Shown here one piece after another: positions 57,356 to 64,000 of a stretch of 64,000 bases of DNA. Source of the stretch: Parvularculaceae bacterium (GTDB lineage Bacteria > Pseudomonadota > Alphaproteobacteria > Caulobacterales > Parvularculaceae); the NCBI GenBank assembly GCA_013215175.1, contig JABSRH010000001.1, forward strand, positions 1,138 to 65,137. Reading direction: 5' to 3'. The notes under the pieces were generated by a model. The model had not been told where the DNA came from and ran no database searches. It saw only the letters and a program-made list of their open reading frames with translations. A program made the translations under genes and the position numbers. How positions within the stretch are numbered: the first letter of the stretch is position 1; each line of letters opens with the position of its first letter.

Positions 57356-58339
57356 TTAGGTGCCGGACGTGTCGGCGCCAGCTGGCCAGCCCACGCAGCT
57401 CGACATGTCGTTCAGGCCGTGCTGACCGAGGCAGAAGGCCTCTTCGTAGGGCGTGCGCGTCGCCGCGATGCACTGGTCGAGGTTCATCTTCGCGCTGGTG
57501 AAGCAACGCTCAGACTTACGCGACGTGGCAAACGAAGCCATGTGCTCTTGCGTGGCGGTGTTCATGGCATAGTGAGCGCCGAGAACGAGTGCCTTCGTCA
57601 CGATGGTACCAGGACGGACAGCTGGGTCTGCGGCCTTCGCTTCACCGGCCCAATCGGACGACCAGCTTGCGTAGCTGACCAGGTTTGGACGAATGCTGCC
57701 GACCTTCGTGCGAACCACTTGGCGCTGCATATCGTTGGTCCACTCGCGCTTAGCGGCGAAGCTCAGAGCGGCGTCGATACGTTCCATGCCGGTTTCGGCA
57801 ATGGTTTTGCGAGCCCATGCAACTTTTTGCATGTCGTACGCTTCGGAAATGTAGGCATCACCCGTCGAGCGGATCTTGCCAGCGTCGGAAGCGGCAAAGG
57901 TCATGATCGAAGCAATCGCTTGATCAGCACCCTTCAGGTTGCGGATGAGGCCTGGGTTGGATTCCAGCTCAGCGGCGAAGGCTTTTGCGCCTTTTGACTT
58001 CACCTGCTTTTCGATCTCAGCGGCGAAGGCTGGCGAGTCAGCGGCCACCATGGCGGCGTAAGCGACCCACGAACCGGCCATCGACTTGGTGTCGTGGCTG
58101 GCCAGGCGAAGGTGAGCTTCGCGCATCGCGTCGCCCGACTCCGGCATGTTCGACGAGACATAATCGATGTCTTCGCGGAACTGGATGTATGGCTGCGCGG
58201 CGTACTCAACGATGGCCGAGCCTTGGAGCTTGGTGACGTCAACGCGCTTTGGCGCAGCATTGGCTGCATGGGCGGCACCAAAGGCGACGACGGTAGCTGC
58301 ACAACCCATTGCGAGCATTTTGGTCAGCGAGTTCGTCAT
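57356..58339 (-). CDS. Secreted conserved hypothetical helical protein with a C-terminal 4-Cys motif
   Basis: Signal peptide MTNSLTKMLAMG...AHA and C-terminal C-x10-C-x12-C-x11-C. Confidence 0.8.
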   Translation of the reverse strand: MTNSLTKMLAMGCAATVVAFGAAHAANAAPKRVDVTKLQGSAIVEYAAQPYIQFREDIDYVSSNMPESGDAMREAHLRLASHDTKSMAGSWVAYAAMVAADSPAFAAEIEKQVKSKGAKAFAAELESNPGLIRNLKGADQAIASIMTFAASDAGKIRSTGDAYISEAYDMQKVAWARKTIAETGMERIDAALSFAAKREWTNDMQRQVVRTKVGSIRPNLVSYASWSSDWAGEAKAADPAVRPGTIVTKALVLGAHYAMNTATQEHMASFATSRKSERCFTSAKMNLDQCIAATRTPYEEAFCLGQHGLNDMSSCVGWPAGADTSGT

Positions 58340-58536
58340 GTCGTCCCTAACTGTGTCAGCGTTACGCTGAACGCCCCGATCTTCATCAACGATTTGGAAT
58401 GGTTTCAAAAGCGTTAATGCGGTCTCTTTCAACTGCTTCATGTTTGATCTCCCAGGGTGCACCCCGTTGCACCCTGGGGAGCATCGTTCGCCGCCCGTTC
58501 AGGAACATTTAAGGGGAGGAGCCATAGCGTTAATGC

Positions 58537-59748
58537 ATGGATTCGCCCGTGCACCACTTTGCTCACAATCGGCCTGGACGCCCTGAAACCATGCGGTTTC
58601 GTGCGGCGCGGCATGAGCGTGTGTTTTTTCGCCAAAACGCTGATGGCAGCATCAAAACAGCCCGTGGCGACGTTGTTCGCCAGTTCCCTGGGCTGAAAAC
58701 GCGCCTTTCTGGATTAAAGTTGACCGACCTGACGGCGCCGTCTTCGCACCATCGGGTGCTTGAAGCTTTGATCGAGGCTCTAGAGAACGGCTTCGCTGAA
58801 CGTGACGTGCGTCTGGCCCGTTTCGCAGCGGCCCGGTTTGCTCGACTCAGCTTGAAGGCGCTGCCTGGTGGTGGCTTCGTGACTGAGCTTGTGCCGCTGG
58901 TGGCCATGGGGCAGCGTCCGCCAAAGCCCGTGGAAGCAAAGCCTGAGACAGCGCCCGTGCCGACCGATCAACTGGCCAATGTCAGCCACGAGATCCGCAC
59001 GCCGCTGAACGCCGTCATCGGTTTCGCCGACGCACTCCGGCAAGAGAGCTTCGGCCCGCTCGGTGACCACCGCTATCGCGACTACGCGAAACTGATCCAA
59101 GAGAGCGGTGAGCATGTGCTGTCGCTGGTCAACGATTTGCTCGACCTCTCCAAGGCGCAAGCCAACAAAATCGAACTCAGCAAGACTTCGGTGGATGTGG
59201 CTGACCTTATCAGTTCCTGCGTATCGATGATTGAGCTCGATGCTGACAAAGCTGGCCTCCAGATCGTCATGAAGACATCGCCCCAAGTGGGCAAGGTGGA
59301 GGCTGATCCAAAAATTTTGCGTCAGGTGATCATTAATCTGCTGAGCAACGCACTCAAGTTCACCGACCAAGGTTCGATCACGGTCCGCACACGCATTCTC
59401 GATGGCCGCCTCGTGGTTGCTGTCGAAGATACTGGCGTGGGCATGTCGTCCGAGGATCTCGCCCGCATTGGCGAGCGGTTCTACCAGGCCCGCTCGGCCG
59501 GTGTTCGCGGCACGCGAGGTTCCGGCCTTGGCTTAGCGCTGAGCCAGGAGCTCGCGAAGGCCCATGGTGGTCGCCTGGATCTCGCATCAGCTCCCGGACG
59601 CGGCACACGCGCGACACTGACCATTCCCGTGGTCCAGCAGGGCCGTCCTTGCTCGTCCGCGGAAACCTATCGGCTGCCCAACGCTCAGCAAGCGTCCCAA
59701 GGGGCCGATTGGCTCGACGTTGATCGCCGCCTCCGCCGTACTGCCTAA
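58537..59748 (+). CDS. divJ: Cytoplasmic DivJ/PleC (PdhS)-family histidine kinase
   Basis: H-box SHEIRTPLNAVIGF, FGPLG..RY.DY, and N, G1, F and G2 boxes. The sufE and DUF1491 neighbourhood supports divJ, but orthology is inferred. Confidence 0.6.
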   Translation: MDSPVHHFAHNRPGRPETMRFRAARHERVFFRQNADGSIKTARGDVVRQFPGLKTRLSGLKLTDLTAPSSHHRVLEALIEALENGFAERDVRLARFAAARFARLSLKALPGGGFVTELVPLVAMGQRPPKPVEAKPETAPVPTDQLANVSHEIRTPLNAVIGFADALRQESFGPLGDHRYRDYAKLIQESGEHVLSLVNDLLDLSKAQANKIELSKTSVDVADLISSCVSMIELDADKAGLQIVMKTSPQVGKVEADPKILRQVIINLLSNALKFTDQGSITVRTRILDGRLVVAVEDTGVGMSSEDLARIGERFYQARSAGVRGTRGSGLGLALSQELAKAHGGRLDLASAPGRGTRATLTIPVVQQGRPCSSAETYRLPNAQQASQGADWLDVDRRLRRTA

Positions 59749-59754
59749 ATCACT

Positions 59755-60084
59755 ATGCGCTTAAGGAGCGACCTTCTTGTCAGCGCGGTCCAGCGCCAGG
59801 CTGAGGCTGCTGGTTGCTTTGTCTCGGTCCTGACGAAAGGTCACGAGAGTGGCGGGATGATCTTCATCAAGTGGGTGGAGGGACGTCAGGTCAAACTCTT
59901 CACGGAAGGTTCGTCTGCTGAGGGCCGTGTCTGGCTCGCTAGAACACCTGAGCCACAGCCGGAGGCTGAAGCCAACGCGATCCTCGACAGCGAGCGATCA
60001 TTCGACCCAGATCTCTGGATCGTAGAGGTGGAAGGGCCATTCTCAGTGGCGAATGAAATCCTGAGCCCGCAGCCTCTCGGCTAG
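59755..60084 (+). CDS. DUF1491 family protein
   Basis: Motifs RL.S...V.A, KG..SGG.I and FDPDLWIVEVE. Confidence 0.85.
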   Translation: MRLRSDLLVSAVQRQAEAAGCFVSVLTKGHESGGMIFIKWVEGRQVKLFTEGSSAEGRVWLARTPEPQPEAEANAILDSERSFDPDLWIVEVEGPFSVANEILSPQPLG

Positions 60085-62246
60085 TTGTTCGTGCCGCTGT
60101 CGCGATCCTCGCGCGGGCGTACCACGCGGCCTTGAACGGGGCTTTCGGGCACATACGGGCCTTGGTCCATTTGACGGCGAAGGATACCGCCAATGCTGTC
60201 GTTCCTGCGTGTACTGTACTCGCGCGCGCCATAGGCCCGCAGCATCAGGTCATCGCGCAAGGCATCGTAGGTCGACTTGAGGCTGTAAAGTTCCTTATCC
60301 GGAGCGAAATAGCCATGGTCGAGGGAGAGGGGCTCAAGATCCTCCTCCACATGGGTTTGACCCATGAAGTTTGACCAAATCTGCGCCGGGAAGGTGGCGC
60401 CCGACACACGATCCATGGGCTCCGAATCGTCGTTGCCCACCCAAACACCCGCCGTCAGGTGCGCTGAGTAGCCGATAAACCAGGCATCGCGCCAATCGTC
60501 TGTCGTGCCCGTTTTGCCGGCCACTTCATGCCCAGGAATGCGAGCAGAGCGCCCCGTGCCCGATGTGGTCACGGCGAGTAGCAAGTCCGTCATTTTCTCC
60601 GCTGACCGAACGCTGATGACGCGAGGCGCCACGTCGATCTGACGCTCATAAAGCATCTGACCGCCTCGTGTGCTGATCGATGCGATCGCATGAGGCTTGG
60701 GCGAGTGACCTTCGTAGGCAAAGGGCATGTAAGCGGCTGTGAGGTCGTGCAGGCTCGTTTCAAACACACCCAGCGGTAGGGTCGGGTAGGGCTCAAGCAG
60801 CGCGTTGATCCCGACTTGCTGGGCCGCATCGATGATCCGCTCACGGCCAATCGCTTCGCTGATCTGCACCGTCGCCGTATTCGACGAGCGCGCAAAAGCC
60901 TCGCGTAAACGGTGCGCACCAAGAAACGTCTCGCGGTAGTTCTTCGGCGACCATCCATCCACTTGCACCGGCTGGTCAACGAGCACAGTGTCCTGATCGA
61001 ACCCTGCCTCCATTGCCGCGAGGTACACGAAGGGTTTGAAGGCTGAACCGGGTTGTCTCTTGGCCTGGGTCGTCCGATTGAACTGGCTCAAGCGATAGGA
61101 CTGGCCACCCACCATGGCAGCAATGCCGCCGCGGCGGTCATAAGCGATGAGGGCAGCTTGCGTTGCGCCGCGAGCCTTCGCGGCATCGGTTTCGACCACC
61201 GCCTTGACCGCGGCCTCAGCGTGCCGTTGAGCAACGGGATCAAGCGTCGTGGTGACCACAAGGTCCGTGTTCGCATCACCAGCGCGCAGCGCCAATTCAG
61301 CCGCCACATGATCGAGGAAGTAGCCATAACCGTCGCGCTCGTCGCGCAAGGCTAGCGTTGGCGGCTCCATCATCGCCAGCCGAGCCGTCAGTCCCGTGAT
61401 CTTCTGGGTCTCGAGTAAGTTGCCGATGACTTCATGGCTGCGCTTGATCGCGCCATCGAGGTTAACGTGAGGCGCCAAGGTGGAAGGCGCCTTGGGCAAC
61501 CCGGCCAGCAAGGCGGCTTCGCTCAGCGTCAGTTCTTCAGCGGGTTTCGAGAAATAAGCCTGGCTCGCCGCGCTCAAGCCGAACGTGTTCGCACCCAGAT
61601 AAATCCGGTTGAGGTAGAGTTCGAGGATCTCTTTCTTCGTTAGGCGTGCCTCGAGCCATAACGACAGGTGCAGTTCTTCGAACTTACGCTCAATCGTCTG
61701 ATCGCCGGTCAGGAACAGGTTCTTGGCCAGCTGCTGCGTGATCGTGCTGCCGCCTTGAACGACCGTACCGGCCGTCCAATTGCGCAAGGTCGCTCGCAGC
61801 AGGGCAAACGGGTCAAAGCCGGGGTGCTCGAAGAAGTTCCGATCTTCCGTCGCTAAGAAGGCCTCGACGACATAGGGGGGCAGCGTGTCGATATCGACCG
61901 GATCGCCAAGGTCGCTACCGCGGCTCCCCAGCTCTGTTCCGTCCTTCGCGAGGATGAGGATGTTCGGCTGCCGGCCCGCTAAGGACAGATCAGTAAGAGG
62001 ATCGGGGAACGTATTGAACGCCACCTGCGCGTTCACGGCCATTAACGGGATCGCCACGGTCAACGCCGTCGACATGGCGGTCCCAATTGGCCGCCCGATG
62101 AAGCGCCAACGCAGGCGTTCAGGGAGCAGGCGGCTTTGCCGACTGAACCATTGGCGCAAAGCGACCATACCGACCGAAAGGTCGGTCATCGTCTCATCGA
62201 CGACGCGCTCCGCAGCACCTGGATCTTTCGGACTGGCCAATGACAA
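60081..62246 (-). CDS. Class A penicillin-binding protein (PBP1A family)
   Basis: Motifs EDRNF, GGSTITQQLAKN, RQPGSAFKP, SSN and GKTGT. Confidence 0.95.
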   Translation of the reverse strand: MSLASPKDPGAAERVVDETMTDLSVGMVALRQWFSRQSRLLPERLRWRFIGRPIGTAMSTALTVAIPLMAVNAQVAFNTFPDPLTDLSLAGRQPNILILAKDGTELGSRGSDLGDPVDIDTLPPYVVEAFLATEDRNFFEHPGFDPFALLRATLRNWTAGTVVQGGSTITQQLAKNLFLTGDQTIERKFEELHLSLWLEARLTKKEILELYLNRIYLGANTFGLSAASQAYFSKPAEELTLSEAALLAGLPKAPSTLAPHVNLDGAIKRSHEVIGNLLETQKITGLTARLAMMEPPTLALRDERDGYGYFLDHVAAELALRAGDANTDLVVTTTLDPVAQRHAEAAVKAVVETDAAKARGATQAALIAYDRRGGIAAMVGGQSYRLSQFNRTTQAKRQPGSAFKPFVYLAAMEAGFDQDTVLVDQPVQVDGWSPKNYRETFLGAHRLREAFARSSNTATVQISEAIGRERIIDAAQQVGINALLEPYPTLPLGVFETSLHDLTAAYMPFAYEGHSPKPHAIASISTRGGQMLYERQIDVAPRVISVRSAEKMTDLLLAVTTSGTGRSARIPGHEVAGKTGTTDDWRDAWFIGYSAHLTAGVWVGNDDSEPMDRVSGATFPAQIWSNFMGQTHVEEDLEPLSLDHGYFAPDKELYSLKSTYDALRDDLMLRAYGAREYSTRRNDSIGGILRRQMDQGPYVPESPVQGRVVRPREDRDSGTNN

Positions 62247-62332
62247 CTCCCCGCTGGTGGGAACCTAGCAACAAAACCTTGATGTAGGGAAATGAAGAGG
62301 TCCCCATCTTGTGAGTGAAAAAAGTGGGCTCG

Positions 62333-64000
62333 CTAGAGCTCACCCCGCGCGATCCAGGCTGTATTGGTGACGTCCTCAAACCAAGGTGCAAAACCACCAA
62401 CATAGACGGCGTTGTCTTCCTCAAACGGGGACCTTGCGAAGGTCGCGACCTTGCTCAGCGGCCGGTTGTTCGGGTTGTTCCCTGGAATGGTGATCTCTTC
62501 GAGGCGGTAGTCCACTTGCCCACCGATCACGGTACGGACGACGTACCAGGCATCTTTGCCAAAGCCGGTGCGCCAGTGGGGGAAGGCCGGACGGGCGGCG
62601 AGGTAGTTCGGGTCATAGTAGACCTCGATGCCGATCCACTCTTCGGTGTCGCGGCCACGACGGCGCATCATGCTGGCTTCGCTCGCGATCACATAGTGGG
62701 GCTCTCGTCCCAGCTCAGAACGAATGAGCGCGGCGAGGTTGATTTCAGCGCGAGGGCCTTTGTCACCGGGCGAGTAGCGGAAGGAGCGGTTCAGCGTCGT
62801 GAAGGCCAACGTCGTCTTCGACCGGCTGAGGTCACAGCGGAATGAGCTGATCTCGTAGTTCTTCTGCCAGTAGATATCCAAGTCCTCAAGGTACGGACGG
62901 ATGGCAACCACATCTTCGAGGTCAGTCATCGTCTCCCAACGCGGCTGCGTTCCGTCGACCCGGCGCAGAATCTGACGGCTCGTCGCGGCATAGAAACGGC
63001 CACCACAGGAGGCAAAGCCCATAATGCGTTCTCGGCCACGGGGCTGATATTCGGGTCGCTGATCAAACTTGATACCGCCTGGCGCGGCGGCATTGTAGAC
63101 GCCGCGGAAGATCCCCAACGGGTTCGGGTTGGCGCCCGCAAAGATCAAGTCTTGCCGCAGCTTGGGGTCTCGCCAAGCGCCCAGCGCGTTGATCTCCACC
63201 TCTTCGACCGGCTCAGAGACTTCGCCGATGTCCTGATGGGCCCAATTGCCACTTGGGGTACGGATGAAAATGCCGGCCGGTGCAGGCTTGTTGCGCTCCT
63301 TCTCGTAGGTCGCGCCGACGAAGAGATAGTCCAACGTCTCGATCGGGCGACCCTGGCTGTCTCGGTCAAAGCTTGCCTGGCCCATGCTGGCCACGCGCGT
63401 GTAGCCGCGCGGCATTTGCATATCGAGCTGCCAGCGGTCTTCGCGCGAGTCGAGACGCATGATCTGCCCACGTCGGTTCTCTTCTGTCTCGTTCCAATAG
63501 GCATTGCCCGCGAAGACGTGGCCATCGTGGGTGGTCATGGCACTGACTTGTGTGCCCGTCAGGCGACGACCCGCTGTGTCTGTCTCTGGCGCTTCGAAGG
63601 CGAACAACCACGGCACTTGCGGCAGCAGGCCTTCTTCGCCCTTTTCGGGGCGCTCAATCGGGATGTTGGCTTCCCTCCGAATGAAGTTGAGGGCGGCCTC
63701 CGTGGTCGGATCACCCGTGGAGCCGAAGAAGCGGTAAATGCTCTCTTGGTCCCGTCCGATGCTTTCATAAAGCACAGCCACGGCACCTCGGCTGCGCAGT
63801 GAGGCGGCAAAGGGTTTGGCTTGGCGGAAGACGTTCGGACGGCCTGCGCTGTGCGCCACAAAGAAGGGCGGCAGGTTGGTGCCGGTCGCCGCCTTCAGCA
63901 TCGGCGAGACCTGCGCCCAAAAATTGGGGCTCTCGCCGAAGACCTGGCGCAGCGTGCGTCCCTCGACGGTATTCATGTTGGTGGAAGCGATTTCTGCCGG
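62333..64000 (-). CDS. Partial protein: C-terminal part of an alpha/beta-hydrolase-like domain + beta-propeller-like domain
   Basis: The frame is open to the window edge. SP....PPFFVAH...GDPTT.A..F resembles an esterase C-terminus, and a beta-rich domain follows. Confidence 0.65.
   Translation of the reverse strand, partial: PAEIASTNMNTVEGRTLRQVFGESPNFWAQVSPMLKAATGTNLPPFFVAHSAGRPNVFRQAKPFAASLRSRGAVAVLYESIGRDQESIYRFFGSTGDPTTEAALNFIRREANIPIERPEKGEEGLLPQVPWLFAFEAPETDTAGRRLTGTQVSAMTTHDGHVFAGNAYWNETEENRRGQIMRLDSREDRWQLDMQMPRGYTRVASMGQASFDRDSQGRPIETLDYLFVGATYEKERNKPAPAGIFIRTPSGNWAHQDIGEVSEPVEEVEINALGAWRDPKLRQDLIFAGANPNPLGIFRGVYNAAAPGGIKFDQRPEYQPRGRERIMGFASCGGRFYAATSRQILRRVDGTQPRWETMTDLEDVVAIRPYLEDLDIYWQKNYEISSFRCDLSRSKTTLAFTTLNRSFRYSPGDKGPRAEINLAALIRSELGREPHYVIASEASMMRRRGRDTEEWIGIEVYYDPNYLAARPAFPHWRTGFGKDAWYVVRTVIGGQVDYRLEEITIPGNNPNNRPLSKVATFARSPFEEDNAVYVGGFAPWFEDVTNTAWIARGEL

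Noticed and set aside
1-64000. CRISPR arrays, rRNA, tRNA, IS elements, prophage or defence systems
   Set aside because: None were seen. Nearly all of the sequence is explained by metabolic and housekeeping genes.

Overview
A GC-rich alphaproteobacterial chromosome segment. The gltDB order, the tldD/coxBA arrangement, the DivJ/PleC-type kinase and the CtrA-like boxes are consistent with a Caulobacterales/Parvularculales-like organism (inference). (1) Positions 1-21 kb hold a large uncharacterised uptake and catabolic island. It has two HutC-type GntR regulators with visible operator palindromes, a TonB-dependent receptor, exported DUF1330, VOC and Tat-nitrilase-fold proteins, paired deacetylase-fold and paired MmgE/PrpD enzymes, an isochorismatase-family hydrolase, an amidase, a CoA ligase, transferase and hydratase, and a FAD-oxidase/aldehyde-dehydrogenase fusion. 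(2) Positions 21-30 kb hold an AGE epimerase, a TonB receptor plus beta-propeller phytase preceded by Pho boxes, a TPR-sulfotransferase and an aminotransferase. (3) Positions 30-46 kb hold gltDB and a branched-chain amino-acid operon, ilvD-C-G-M-A-leuA-C-D-B, under a classical leader-peptide attenuator, with a short LeuA. (4) Positions 46-64 kb hold proS, gluQ, tldD, a cox operon lacking coxC whose CoxB carries a ~100-aa insertion resembling a phage tail-fibre adapter domain, sufE, a DivJ-like kinase, DUF1491, a class A PBP and a partial hydrolase-fold protein. Several branched RNA-like structures begin directly at stop codons. No tRNA, rRNA, CRISPR array or mobile element was seen. All assignments come from motif recognition by eye; no database search was run.
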